This document shows positions 42,498 through 52,478 of a DNA stretch of 64,000 nucleotides, piece after piece. The number at the start of each line of letters is the position of its first letter. Within the stretch, counting starts at the first letter, position 1. Source of the DNA: Blastocatellia bacterium (lineage in GTDB: Bacteria > Acidobacteriota > Blastocatellia > UBA7656); NCBI GenBank assembly GCA_963765495.1, contig CAVXWP010000001.1, forward strand, positions 736,001 to 800,000. The letters run 5' to 3'. The position numbers and the translations under genes were made by a program. The notes below the pieces were generated by a model that was given only the letters and a program-made list of their open reading frames with translations, searched no databases and was not told where the DNA came from.

Positions 42498-43997
42498 ATG
42501 AGCGAAGACTATGTACTCGCGCTCGATCAGGGCACAACCAGTTCGCGCGCCATTCTATTCGACAAATCCGGTCAGCCAGTCCACATAGCGCAGCAGGAAT
42601 TCGAGCAATTGTACCCGCAACCCGGATGGGTCGAGCATCGCCCCGAAGATATATGGAATTCACAACTCGACGCCGCCCGGCAGGTGCTCGCCCGCGCGGA
42701 TGTCAAGCCGGGTCAACTGGCCGCCATAGGCATAACCAACCAGCGCGAGACCACGCTGATCTGGGATCGCGAATCGGGCGAGCCAATTGCCAACGCCATA
42801 GTCTGGCAGTGCCGCCGCACAGCGGAAGAGTGCAATCGGCTGCGGCAGGAAGGGCTGGATCAGATATTTCAGCAGCGCACGGGGCTTGTGCTGGATGCTT
42901 ACTTTTCGGGGACAAAGGCGCGGTGGCTGCTTGATGAAATTCCTGATGCCCGCCGGAGGGCTGAGCGCGGACGCCTTGCCTTTGGCACGGTCGATTCGTG
43001 GCTGATATGGAAGCTCACGGGCGGGCGCATACACGCGACCGATCCGTCGAACGCGAGCCGCACATTGATGTTCAACATAGAGACCGGCGACTGGGATGAT
43101 GAACTGCTTGAGGCGCTCAAGGTCCCGCGCCAGATTCTTCCTCACGTTGCGCCTTCAAGCGCCATCCTGGGCGAGACGGACGAAGCGATATTTGGGCGCG
43201 CTATTCCGATAGCAGGGATCGCGGGCGATCAGCAGGCGGCGCTTTTCGGGCAGGCATGCACTTCTCCGGGGATGTCGAAAAACACCTACGGCACGGGCTG
43301 TTTTCTTTTGCTCAACACGGGCCGGGAACCTGTTGAGTCGGCGAGCAATTTGATCACGACCGTGGCATGGAAGATAGACGATGAGCCTATGGAGTATGCG
43401 CTCGAAGGCAGCATCTTTATCGCGGGCGCGGCCGTTCAGTGGTTGCGCGACGGGCTGAAGATAATCGAGACGGCTGCCGAGACCGAACAGATGGCCACAA
43501 GCCTCGAAGATAACGGCGGAGTCTATTTCGTCCCGGCCTTTGTAGGGCTTGGCGCTCCGCACTGGGACCCTTATGCGCGAGGTACGATCATAGGTTTGAC
43601 GCGCGGTTCCACACGCGAGCACATAGCGAGGGCGGCGCTCGAATCAATCGCCTATCAAACGCGGGATGTGCTCGACCGAATGAGGGAGGATTCAGGTGTA
43701 AAGTTGAGCGAGTTAAGAGTTGACGGGGGCGCAACCGCAAACGATTTTCTTATGCAATTCCAGGCCGACATACTTGGCATACCCGTAGTGCGACCGAAAA
43801 ATACGGAGACTACGGCGGCGGGCGCGGCCTATCTTGCGGGGCTCGCCACGGATTTCTGGCCCGATGTGAAGGGACTCAACGAGATGTGGCAGGCCGAACG
43901 GGTCTTCGAGCCTGAGATGAGTGAAACCGAGCGTGAGCGATTGCTGGAAGGATGGGAACGGGCAGTCGGGCGCGCGGGCAAATGGGTCTCTCCGTGA
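42498..43997 (+). CDS. glpK: Glycerol kinase
   Basis: [52 protein letters not shown]. Confidence 0.96.
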   Translation: MSEDYVLALDQGTTSSRAILFDKSGQPVHIAQQEFEQLYPQPGWVEHRPEDIWNSQLDAARQVLARADVKPGQLAAIGITNQRETTLIWDRESGEPIANAIVWQCRRTAEECNRLRQEGLDQIFQQRTGLVLDAYFSGTKARWLLDEIPDARRRAERGRLAFGTVDSWLIWKLTGGRIHATDPSNASRTLMFNIETGDWDDELLEALKVPRQILPHVAPSSAILGETDEAIFGRAIPIAGIAGDQQAALFGQACTSPGMSKNTYGTGCFLLLNTGREPVESASNLITTVAWKIDDEPMEYALEGSIFIAGAAVQWLRDGLKIIETAAETEQMATSLEDNGGVYFVPAFVGLGAPHWDPYARGTIIGLTRGSTREHIARAALESIAYQTRDVLDRMREDSGVKLSELRVDGGATANDFLMQFQADILGIPVVRPKNTETTAAGAAYLAGLATDFWPDVKGLNEMWQAERVFEPEMSETERERLLEGWERAVGRAGKWVSP

Positions 43998-44046
43998 CTT
44001 CGAAGACTGGTCATGTCGGCAGCCGGTTGATAGAATTTTTTGAGTT

Positions 44047-45405
44047 ATGGAAGAGTCATCGCTATCAGCGATCCTGTTAAAGATTGGCGTAGTAATTCTG
44101 CTTGTGCTCAGCAACGGGTATTTCGTAGCCGCCGAATTCGCTATGGTGAGCGTTCGCCGATCACGCATAGCCGCGCTGGTTTCAGAAGGCAACAAACGCG
44201 CGCAGGCGGTTATGCGCGTGCTCGACGACATCACAGCCTTTATTTCCGCTGTTCAGTTTGGAATCACAGTAGCGAGCCTGGCGCTTGGCTGGCTGGGTGA
44301 GGCTACGTTTGCGCACCTGCTGGAACCGCTGTTTGAGCGCATAATGCCCGGCCCCGTTTCGGTGCTGATCGCCGCGCATTCGATTGCCACGGCATCGGCG
44401 CTTGCCGTTGTAACTTATCTCCATCTTCTGTTTGGCGAATTTATACCCAAGGCCCTGGCTCTGGAACGTACCGAAGCCATAGCGCTGGCGGTCGCCCGCC
44501 CGATGGAGGTCTTTTATCGAGTCTTTAAGGCTCCGATCTGGCTGATAAATAAATCGGGACAGGTGGGACTGCGGCTGCTCGGGCTTCACACTACGGATGA
44601 GCACGGCAAGGCGTACAGCGAAGAAGAGTTGCGCCAGTTGATCGCGGTCTCTCAGAAAAGCGGCCACCTGATAGAAGACGAGCGGCGGCTGATCTATAAC
44701 ATCTTCGATTTCACCGACGCGACGCTCGACGAAATCATGCTGCCGCGCACCGAAATCGAGGCGCTCGACGCCGATATGCCCGCCTCTGAAATGCTCGCGC
44801 TCTTTGCGCAACTGGGCTATTCGCGGATGCCCGTCTATCGCGGCTCGCTCGATAACACGATAGGCATTGCGCTCTACAAAGATCTGGTCAACCGCTCTTA
44901 CACGGGCCAGAGCTTCAATATCGAAGATATAATCCGCGAGGCGCTTTACCTGCCTACCTCCATGAGGCTCAACGATGCGTTGCGGAGTCTTCGTCAGTCG
45001 AACGCTCACATGGCGCTCGTCATAGACGAGCACGGAGGGGTCGAGGGGCTTGTGACGCTCGAAGATTTGATCGAAAAGATAGTGGGCGATATCCGCGACG
45101 AGCACGACGAGATAATGGTCCGCCAGATAGTCGAGCACCCGGACGGCAGCTATACCATAAGCGGGCGATTATCAATCAGAGAGGTGAACCGGCAATTGTC
45201 GCTCGGGCTTGCCGAATCCGACACCTATCACACCATCGCAGGATTTATGATGGCGCGCGCCGGGCGGCTCTTGAAATCCGATGAGAGCATAGATTACAAC
45301 GGCCTGCGACTGACGGTCGAATCCGCTACTCGCAATCGCATAGACGCAGCCCGAATCGAACGACTCAAAGACGAGCAGGCGCCCGCCTCGCCCGTCGCCA
45401 GTTAA
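44047..45405 (+). CDS. Hemolysin/CNNM-family protein (DUF21-CBS-CBS-CorC)
   Basis: NGYFVAAEFA, QFGITVASL, GEFIPK, YSRMPVY, DEHGG...VTLEDLIEKIVGDI. Confidence 0.93.
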   Translation: MEESSLSAILLKIGVVILLVLSNGYFVAAEFAMVSVRRSRIAALVSEGNKRAQAVMRVLDDITAFISAVQFGITVASLALGWLGEATFAHLLEPLFERIMPGPVSVLIAAHSIATASALAVVTYLHLLFGEFIPKALALERTEAIALAVARPMEVFYRVFKAPIWLINKSGQVGLRLLGLHTTDEHGKAYSEEELRQLIAVSQKSGHLIEDERRLIYNIFDFTDATLDEIMLPRTEIEALDADMPASEMLALFAQLGYSRMPVYRGSLDNTIGIALYKDLVNRSYTGQSFNIEDIIREALYLPTSMRLNDALRSLRQSNAHMALVIDEHGGVEGLVTLEDLIEKIVGDIRDEHDEIMVRQIVEHPDGSYTISGRLSIREVNRQLSLGLAESDTYHTIAGFMMARAGRLLKSDESIDYNGLRLTVESATRNRIDAARIERLKDEQAPASPVAS

Positions 45406-45417
45406 GAGACATCGGTG

Positions 45418-45468
45418 GAGGTTGATTTGAACGAAAGGCGAGTTGGAATAGGCCGTCCCGGCCTATTT
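45418..45468. repeat. Minimal copy of the AATAGGCC repeat
   Basis: 22 bp identical to 40895-40916, then AATAGGCCG-TCC-CGGCCTATT. Confidence 0.7.
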
Positions 45469-45566
45469 CAAATTCCATTATCTGGTGTCCGGCGCTCAGC
45501 TTGACCCGGATGTGCCTTTGCTGTAGCCTCAAACTTAAGGATTTAGAGAGTAGGAGGTAACAAATC

Positions 45567-45806
45567 ATGAGTGCAAATGCCAACACGAGCGCAGCCGAAG
45601 ATGTAAGACGAGCCTTTGGCGCTCTGCCTCTGGGAGAGAGGCTTTCAACGCTCATAAAAGTAGAGATGGATATGGTGGGAGATGTGGCAGACGCTATAGT
45701 TGCCGCGGCCTCAAGGGTCGCTGATGATATAGTAGACGCATGCGCCGGGCCTGATCAGGCGACTCAAGCGCCGTCTGATACCGCAGGCCAGGCTCCCACG
45801 AGTTAG
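45567..45806 (+). CDS. Small hypothetical protein
   Basis: AGGAGGT RBS; upstream TTGACC-N17-TAGCCT at 45501; helical 79 aa. Confidence 0.7.
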   Translation: MSANANTSAAEDVRRAFGALPLGERLSTLIKVEMDMVGDVADAIVAAASRVADDIVDACAGPDQATQAPSDTAGQAPTS

Positions 45807-45886
45807 ACTCGACGAACAAAACGCGGGCATAAATTATTTATGTCAGGCATCAATTATTGTGGTTCGAATCATCGGATGGATTGGTT

Positions 45887-46216
45887 ATGAGCGAAAGTAT
45901 TCAATTGCAGGACCCGCTTTTCAAGTTGATAGTTCGATTCAGCAACGGCGAGATGGTTCATCACGTCATGAATTCCCCGATTGATGAGCGCCTGATTGCG
46001 CCCGAGACCCGCTACGTTGTCATCAGTTCGTTCTCTTGCGAGAAACCGAGCGAATGCACCGATATAACGGTTATCAATCTCAAGGATGTGACCTTTATAA
46101 AGACCGAGCGGGTCACGCTCGATCAACTTGCGGGCGAGCGCCGCTCGGCAGGCATGCGCTCAGGCGGCGACGACGAGAGATTGCCCAGGAATCTGGCTCA
46201 GTTGAAATTCATTTAA
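45887..46216 (+). CDS. Hypothetical protein
   Basis: ORF with its stop overlapping the next start (TAATG at 46214-46218). Confidence 0.65.
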   Translation: MSESIQLQDPLFKLIVRFSNGEMVHHVMNSPIDERLIAPETRYVVISSFSCEKPSECTDITVINLKDVTFIKTERVTLDQLAGERRSAGMRSGGDDERLPRNLAQLKFI

Positions 46217-47214
46217 TGAAGCGATTCGGATTGGAAAACAGGATGGCAGTTGCGCTCAGTTTGTTACTTTTGATAATCAGCGCCGCCGGTTGTCAGGGGC
46301 AGGCGTCCTCGAAAACTTCAACCTCGGCCTCAAATGCTTCGGCTCTTTCCGGCAAGGAAAAGGTCGTGGGTGTTGATGCCGGTCGCGCCTACGAGCACAT
46401 GACAAAACTCGTAGCGATGGGCCCGCACCCGCCGGGGTCTGCGGCTATCAAAAAAGCCCAGGATTACATCAAAGCGGAAATCAAAGGCTACGGATTGCGC
46501 GTCATCGAAGACCGTTTCGACGCTCAGACGACAAAGGGCGTCGTGCCTATGAATAACATCATTGCCGAGCTTCCCGGACAAAAGACCGACACTATAATGA
46601 TCGCGGGCCACTACGACACAAAGCCGCAGGCAGGCTTTCTAGGCGCAAATGACGGCTGTTCGAGCACAGCCGCCGTGCTTGAGATGGCGCGTGTGCTTGC
46701 AAAATCGAAACCCGAATACACGCTCTGGTTTGTCTTCTTTGACGGCGAGGAAGCCTTTGTAGACTGGAACGCCAACGACGGCATGGATAACACATACGGC
46801 AGCCGCCATATGGCCTCGAAGATGAAGGCGGACGGCTCGATCAGCCGCATCAAAGCGCTTGTGCTGGTCGATATGATTGGAGATAAAGACCTGGACCTGC
46901 TCAAGGATTATGAATCGACTCCGTGGCTGATGGAGGCTATATGGAATACGGCCCAGCAGGCGGGGATGTCAAAGTATTTTCTGAAGGACGGGAGCGGGTA
47001 TTCGGACGACCATCTGGCGTTTAAGGAAGTGGGCGTCCCCGTAGTGGATATAATTGACTTCAATTACGGACCCGATAATTCTTACTGGCACACAGATAAA
47101 GACACGCTCGAACACGTCAGCGGCGAAAGCGTCAAGATCGTCTGCGACGTTGTGATCAAAGCTCTGCCCGAGATCTCAAAACACCTCAACAACTCAAACG
47201 GCGCGTCTCATTAG
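46216..47214 (+). CDS. M28-family lipoprotein, glutaminyl-peptide cyclotransferase-like
   Basis: Lipobox AAGC; AGHYDTK, GANDG, FFDGEE, YGSRH, VDMIGD, SDDHLAF, YWHT. Confidence 0.85.
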   Translation: MKRFGLENRMAVALSLLLLIISAAGCQGQASSKTSTSASNASALSGKEKVVGVDAGRAYEHMTKLVAMGPHPPGSAAIKKAQDYIKAEIKGYGLRVIEDRFDAQTTKGVVPMNNIIAELPGQKTDTIMIAGHYDTKPQAGFLGANDGCSSTAAVLEMARVLAKSKPEYTLWFVFFDGEEAFVDWNANDGMDNTYGSRHMASKMKADGSISRIKALVLVDMIGDKDLDLLKDYESTPWLMEAIWNTAQQAGMSKYFLKDGSGYSDDHLAFKEVGVPVVDIIDFNYGPDNSYWHTDKDTLEHVSGESVKIVCDVVIKALPEISKHLNNSNGASH

Positions 47215-47241
47215 CTCGCTTTATCGCGCAGGAGGCGAATC

Positions 47242-48303
47242 TTGAAACGTGTAGCTGTCATCCCCGGCGACGGCATCGGGCCGGAGGTCATAAATGAAGC
47301 TGTCAAAACTCTGGAACTCGCAAGCCGGATATTCGGCTTCGATCTTGCCCTCACCGATTTCGACTGGGGAGCCGATAAGTATCTTACGACGGGCATCACC
47401 ATGCCCGAAGGCGGGCTTGAGATGCTCGCGCGCGAATACGACGCCATACTTGCCGGAGCATTCGGCGACCCCCGCGTGCCCGATAACAAACACGCGGCAG
47501 ACATCCTGCTCGGAATGCGGATGGGGCTCGACCTCTACATAAACCTTCGCCCGGTCAAACTGATAGACTCCCGCCTTTGCCCTCTCAAAGACCGCGCTCC
47601 AAAGGATGTGGATTTCGTGGTCTTTCGCGAGAACACCGAAGGGATGTATGTCTTCATGGGCGGCAATTTCAAGAAAAACTCAAGCGACGAGATAGCCGTT
47701 CAGGAAGAGGTCAACACCCGCAAAGGCGTCGAGCGAATAATAACTGCTGCCTTCGAATATGCCGCACGGCACGGTCGCAAGCGCGTGACGATGAGCGATA
47801 AATCGAACGTCTTAACCTACGGCCACGACCTCTGGCAGAGGACTTTCAAAGAGGTTGCCGCGCGTTTCCCCGACATCGAGGCCAATCACCTGTATGTAGA
47901 CGTGCTGGCGATGTGGATGGTGCTCGACCCTTCGAGGTTCGATTGTGTAGTGACCAACAACCTGTTTGGCGACATAGTGACCGATCTGGGTGCGGGCTTG
48001 CAGGGCGGATTGGGGATGGCCGCATCGGGCAATATTCATCCCGGGCGGGTGTCGCTTTTCGAGCCCGTGCACGGAAGCGCCCCGCAGTTTGCGGGCAAGA
48101 ACGTCTCTAACCCGATTGCCTCTGTGCTCACGGCGGCGATGATGCTCGAATACCTTGAACTCCCCGAACCGGCTCGCGCAATCGAAGCCGCCGTCGAAAA
48201 ATCTGTCGCGCTCGGCCAGACCACAAAAGACATAGGCGGCGGGCTTTCGACCACCGACGCGGGAGAAGCGATCAGGCGGCACCTGAAGGCTGCAACAGAC
48301 TAA
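47242..48303 (+). CDS. leuB: 3-isopropylmalate/tartrate-type beta-decarboxylating dehydrogenase
   Basis: IPGDGIGPEV, RENTEG, DKSNVL, NLFGDIVTD, FEPVHGSAP; TTG start with GGAGG; substrate uncertain because no other leu genes are adjacent. Confidence 0.75.
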   Translation: MKRVAVIPGDGIGPEVINEAVKTLELASRIFGFDLALTDFDWGADKYLTTGITMPEGGLEMLAREYDAILAGAFGDPRVPDNKHAADILLGMRMGLDLYINLRPVKLIDSRLCPLKDRAPKDVDFVVFRENTEGMYVFMGGNFKKNSSDEIAVQEEVNTRKGVERIITAAFEYAARHGRKRVTMSDKSNVLTYGHDLWQRTFKEVAARFPDIEANHLYVDVLAMWMVLDPSRFDCVVTNNLFGDIVTDLGAGLQGGLGMAASGNIHPGRVSLFEPVHGSAPQFAGKNVSNPIASVLTAAMMLEYLELPEPARAIEAAVEKSVALGQTTKDIGGGLSTTDAGEAIRRHLKAATD

Positions 48304-48329
48304 ACTCGTAAAAAATGAAAAAACCTGGG

Positions 48330-48402
48330 CAAGATTAACAGGATTAACAGGATTTTCTTTCAATCCTATTTCAGAAAACTTGTTAATCTTGTTAATCCTG
48401 TC
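48330..48402. repeat. Inverted pair of 9-mer repeats (GATTAACAG / CTTGTTAAT)
   Basis: aagattaacaggattaacaggat ... cttgttaatcttgttaatcctgt. Confidence 0.75.
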
Positions 48403-48438
48403 TAAGATTCCGGCATCAATTTGCGAGGATAGTCAAAT

Positions 48439-49275
48439 ATGATAAGTCCGTTGCACATAGGAGTTCTCGTCGAAGCTCGCTATCTCGTTCAGAGTCAGCC
48501 TTCGGGCATGATTCGGGCTCTTAAGGCCGAGGGGCATCGTGTTGAGGTGATAGACCCGCAGACGGATGCCTATGTGTTGGGCGATGATCGATGGCTTGAA
48601 GGGTTTGACGTGGCGCTTGGGCGTGGGCGCAGCAACGCGTTGTTGTGTCTGCTTGCCTGGGCGGAATCCTTTGGCATCCCCGTCATCAACCGCGAAGCGG
48701 CAATCGCCTCCGTTTATGATAAAGCCGAAATGTCTGTGATTCTGGCAAGGGGCCGCATACAGACTCCGCGCACTTTTTTTGGCAGCATCGCTTCACTCGC
48801 CCGGCAGGTCTCCGAAGGTTTCTATCCGCTTATACTCAAACCTATCTTTGGCGATAATTCTCAAGGTTTGCTTGTAGTCTCTTCTCCCGAGGAGATGGCC
48901 GGGATAGAATGGCGAGACCCCGTGGCCCTCGCTCAGAGCTACCTGCCCACGGATGGATATGATGTGAAGCTTTACGGCATTGGCAATGAGGTATGGGTAG
49001 TGCGAAAACCGTCTCCGTTCAACAAGCCTGTTGAACCGATTACCGGCAAATCGGAGGCCGAGTTGCTGCCGCTCACGCCGGAGCTTGAAGCGCTTGGCAG
49101 GCGTTGCGGTCAATTGTTTGACCTTGAGCTTTACGGCGTTGATTGCATACTGACGGAAGAGGGGCCGCTCGTGATCGAGATAAACGAATTTCCGAATTAT
49201 ACGGGCGTGCCTGAGGCCGACCGCAGGCTTGCCGAGTACGTCACCGAGCGGGCGCGGCAGGAGCAATCAAAATGA
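48439..49275 (+). CDS. ATP-grasp protein 1 (RimK-size; ITPK1-like motifs)
   Basis: DK, ILKP, AQSY, DVKLYGIG, LYGVDCI, VIEINEFPNYTGVP. Confidence 0.88.
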   Translation: MISPLHIGVLVEARYLVQSQPSGMIRALKAEGHRVEVIDPQTDAYVLGDDRWLEGFDVALGRGRSNALLCLLAWAESFGIPVINREAAIASVYDKAEMSVILARGRIQTPRTFFGSIASLARQVSEGFYPLILKPIFGDNSQGLLVVSSPEEMAGIEWRDPVALAQSYLPTDGYDVKLYGIGNEVWVVRKPSPFNKPVEPITGKSEAELLPLTPELEALGRRCGQLFDLELYGVDCILTEEGPLVIEINEFPNYTGVPEADRRLAEYVTERARQEQSK

Positions 49276-50102
49276 GGATCGCGATAATCGGAGTCCGCCA
49301 CAAGGAGGACCGCAAAAGCCCGCTGGTCGCTGAGCTTATCGGGTTGCTTTCCGAAAAAGGCGCAAGCGTGGATATGCTCTATCCCGAAGACGATCTGATT
49401 GATCTTGCGCGTGTGCGCGTCGCCTATGACCTCTATGTTTACAAATCGGGAACCGAGACGGCCTTTGCGCTTGCGGGGATTTTGAACGCGGCGGGCGCTC
49501 AGATACTCAACCCTTACAGCGTAGTGGCCGCGATGAAAGACAAGTTCATCGCCTCAAAAATCCTCGAAGCCGCGCGCATCCCGCTGCCCGAAGCCTACAT
49601 GGCGGCAGAGGCCGGTCAGCTTGCCGGGTTGCTTGACGGGGGGGCGCTTGTCGTCAAACCTTTCTGGGGGTCGCAGGGGCGCGGCGTTCAGGTGATACGA
49701 AACCTCGAAGAACTCGACCGGATAGAGACAGGGCAGGGGCCGATATTTGCGCAGCGCTACCACGAGCCTGACGGGCGCGACCGCAAGATATATTGCATAG
49801 GCGGAAAGCTCTTTGGCGTGATGCGGATTTTTCCGGCGCGAACATACGAAGAGAAACTCGGCGAGGTGTTCACACTCACAGACGAAATGCGCGACATCAC
49901 CGAGCGCGCGGGTCGGGCCTTTGGCATTGACCTGTTCGGGCTCGACATCATATTGAGCGACGGGCGTCCTTACGTGGTAGACATAAACACATTTCCCGGT
50001 TTCAAGGGAGTGCCGGAGGCGGCCCGCCTGCTTGCCGATTATATTTACGGCGCAGCCACGCGCGCGCTAAAAGGCGAGCCGTTGATCGAGGGTTGGGAGT
50101 GA
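49272..50102 (+). CDS. ATP-grasp protein 2 (RimK-size; ITPK1-like motifs)
   Basis: YDLYVYKS, KDK, VVKP, AQRY, DRKIYCIG, LFGLDII, VVDINTFPGFKGVP; ATGA overlap with gene 1. Confidence 0.9.
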   Translation: MRIAIIGVRHKEDRKSPLVAELIGLLSEKGASVDMLYPEDDLIDLARVRVAYDLYVYKSGTETAFALAGILNAAGAQILNPYSVVAAMKDKFIASKILEAARIPLPEAYMAAEAGQLAGLLDGGALVVKPFWGSQGRGVQVIRNLEELDRIETGQGPIFAQRYHEPDGRDRKIYCIGGKLFGVMRIFPARTYEEKLGEVFTLTDEMRDITERAGRAFGIDLFGLDIILSDGRPYVVDINTFPGFKGVPEAARLLADYIYGAATRALKGEPLIEGWE

Positions 50103-50208
50103 ATTTGAAATTGATTTGAGGCCGAGACGCCTCAGATTGATTTGATTCACACGCGCTCATCTGAGATTTCAAATCTGAAATCTCAAACCTTTGGGGTGAG
50201 GAAAGATC

Positions 50209-51033
50209 ATGAGACTTTACTTTATGGTAGTCCGTCGCGTTCCGCCCGTGCCGAGCCCGGTGCTTGTGGAAGCCTACGAGATATTGCGACATCGCGGGTT
50301 CGAGATCGAATCCGGCATAGCCGAAGAGGTTCTGTTGCGGCCCGACGAACTGGTTCCCTCCTACGACCTCTACATACTCAAGTCGCACACGGAGTTGTCG
50401 CTCAGCCTGGCGGGGATTCTTTATACTCAGGGCGCGCGACTGCTAAACCCTTACGAGTCGTGCGCGCTGACGCAGAACAAACTCGTAGTCTCGCGGCTTT
50501 TGCAGAAGGCAAACGTCCCGGCCCCGCGCTCGTGGGTGACGGCTGACCTCTCGCTTTTGCGCGAAGTGGTCGAAGAGACGCCGCTTATAATCAAGCCATA
50601 CATGGGCCATCGCGGAGCCGGTATAGTCAAGGTGACAAACCCGGATGAGCTTATGGCGGTTCCAAACCCCGACGCGCCCGTGATAATTCAGGAGTACATC
50701 GAAGGCAGCGGCGAAGACCTGAAAATTTACGTAGTGGGCGAACAGGTCTTTGGCGTGCGTAAGCCGTTTTCGGAAACGAGCTTTACGGTGCCGGGCCGCC
50801 CCGTGCCGGTCTCGGATGAGGTGCGCGACCTGACCATACGCGCGGGCCGGGCTTGCGGGCTCGGGTTGTACGGGCTCGATGTTATCGAAAGCCCTCGCGG
50901 CCCGTTTGTCGTGGATGTGAATTACTTCCCCGGATATAAAGGCGTGCCCGATGTAGCGCCCATCATCGCCGATTATATCGAAGGCTACGCCCGCGAGCGG
51001 TTTACTCTCACCCCGCCCGCACCCGTTCAGTAA
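50209..51033 (+). CDS. ATP-grasp protein 3 (RimK-size; ITPK1-like motifs)
   Basis: [47 protein letters not shown]. Confidence 0.9.
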   Translation: MRLYFMVVRRVPPVPSPVLVEAYEILRHRGFEIESGIAEEVLLRPDELVPSYDLYILKSHTELSLSLAGILYTQGARLLNPYESCALTQNKLVVSRLLQKANVPAPRSWVTADLSLLREVVEETPLIIKPYMGHRGAGIVKVTNPDELMAVPNPDAPVIIQEYIEGSGEDLKIYVVGEQVFGVRKPFSETSFTVPGRPVPVSDEVRDLTIRAGRACGLGLYGLDVIESPRGPFVVDVNYFPGYKGVPDVAPIIADYIEGYARERFTLTPPAPVQ

Positions 51034-51061
51034 CCCCGCGGATTTGCCGGGCAGACTCCGA

Positions 51062-52330
51062 ATGCGACTTAAGCCTGAACAGATAAACTCCTCTCTGCTG
51101 GTCCTACTCGCGGAGGGCTTTCTCTCAAGACTCAGCTTTGGGCTGATCAGCTTTGCCCTGCCGCTTTATGCCTACTATCTGGGGCTGAGCCTGACCGAAA
51201 TCGGATTGCTTGCCTCGCTCAACCTCGTGGTCGAACAGACGTTCAAACCTGTGATGGGCTGGGCGGCGGATCGATTCGGACTGAAGCGAAGCTTTACGAT
51301 TGCAATCGCGCTCAGAAGCGTAGTCGCCTTGATGCTTGCCTTCGCCTCCGCGCCGTGGCAATTGTACGCGATACGCATCGTTCACGGTTTATCGGAATCG
51401 CTGCGCGACCCGTCTGTCAATTCGCTTCTTGCAGATAACGGCACACCGAAAAATACCGCTTCGCATTTCGCGTGGTATTCGACCGCAAAGACCGTCGCGG
51501 GCTCGCTCGGCAAAACCACGGCGGGGTTGCTGCTCACTTTTACGGCTTACAATTATTCAAGGGTCTTTATGGTCGCGTTCGTTTTATCCGGGTTGCCGCT
51601 TTATGTCGTAGCCCGTTACGCGCGAGAGAGATCGTCGCTCGACCAATCAAAGAGCGGGCATACGTCTGAGGCGAGCGCCCCGCCTGAGGCTCTCGAAATT
51701 GAGAATACGACGGTCGCGGCCCCCGAGCGCATGGCGATATTTCCGGTCGCGGTGCTCGGGTTTCTGATCGCCTCCTCGGCAAACATGATGAGCAATCTGT
51801 TTCCAATTCTGGCAAAGGAGTACGCCGGATTGAGCGCGGCAGAAACGGGGCTGATCTATTCGATTTCGATAGCCGTTGTGATCGTTTCAGGACCGCTTTT
51901 CGGATGGCTTTCCGATAACGTCAGCCGAAAACTGGTGCTGATGGTGCGAGGCATTTCCAATACCATCTCTTCAATTCTTTTCATAATATTCCCGACCTTT
52001 GCCGGGATAGCCGTGGGCAAGGCCGTCGATGATCTCGGCAAATCGGCCTATCGCCCGGCATGGGGCGCGGTGATGGCACGCGTCTCGGGTTTCGACAGGC
52101 GGCGGCGGGCGCGTACCATCGGGTATCTGAGCATGGGCGAAGGGATTGGCGAGACCGTGGGCCCGGTGCTCGCAGGGTTGCTCTGGAACGTGTGGGGGGT
52201 GGGCGCGTTGCTTGGTGCGCGAGTGGCGCTTGCCCTCATCAGCGAAATCTATACGGTGATCGTTACAAGAGAGTTGGATAAGGGAAGCGAGCAGGTTGGA
52301 GCGAGACGTTTTATAATGCGTGATGCGTGA
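51062..52330 (+). CDS. MFS transporter
   Basis: About 12 hydrophobic segments; motif A GWAADRFGLK and GWLSDNVSRK. Confidence 0.92.
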   Translation: MRLKPEQINSSLLVLLAEGFLSRLSFGLISFALPLYAYYLGLSLTEIGLLASLNLVVEQTFKPVMGWAADRFGLKRSFTIAIALRSVVALMLAFASAPWQLYAIRIVHGLSESLRDPSVNSLLADNGTPKNTASHFAWYSTAKTVAGSLGKTTAGLLLTFTAYNYSRVFMVAFVLSGLPLYVVARYARERSSLDQSKSGHTSEASAPPEALEIENTTVAAPERMAIFPVAVLGFLIASSANMMSNLFPILAKEYAGLSAAETGLIYSISIAVVIVSGPLFGWLSDNVSRKLVLMVRGISNTISSILFIIFPTFAGIAVGKAVDDLGKSAYRPAWGAVMARVSGFDRRRRARTIGYLSMGEGIGETVGPVLAGLLWNVWGVGALLGARVALALISEIYTVIVTRELDKGSEQVGARRFIMRDA

Positions 52331-52412
52331 TGCGTGAGTTTTGGAGTCCCAGTTAAAAAGAAACCATCTTTCAGATCACGCATCACGTATCACGCATCAT
52401 TGAGCGCATCAC
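52316..52412. repeat. Inverted pair of (GTGATGC)/(GCATCAC) heptamer arrays
   Basis: atgcgtgatgcgtgatgcgtga ... atcacgcatcacgtatcacgcatca. Confidence 0.75.
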
Positions 52413-52478
52413 GGAGCGGCTGTGGTATAAGAATGAGCCAGACAGGCCGCACCCGTATGAGTCAGGAAAGGAAGCCTT

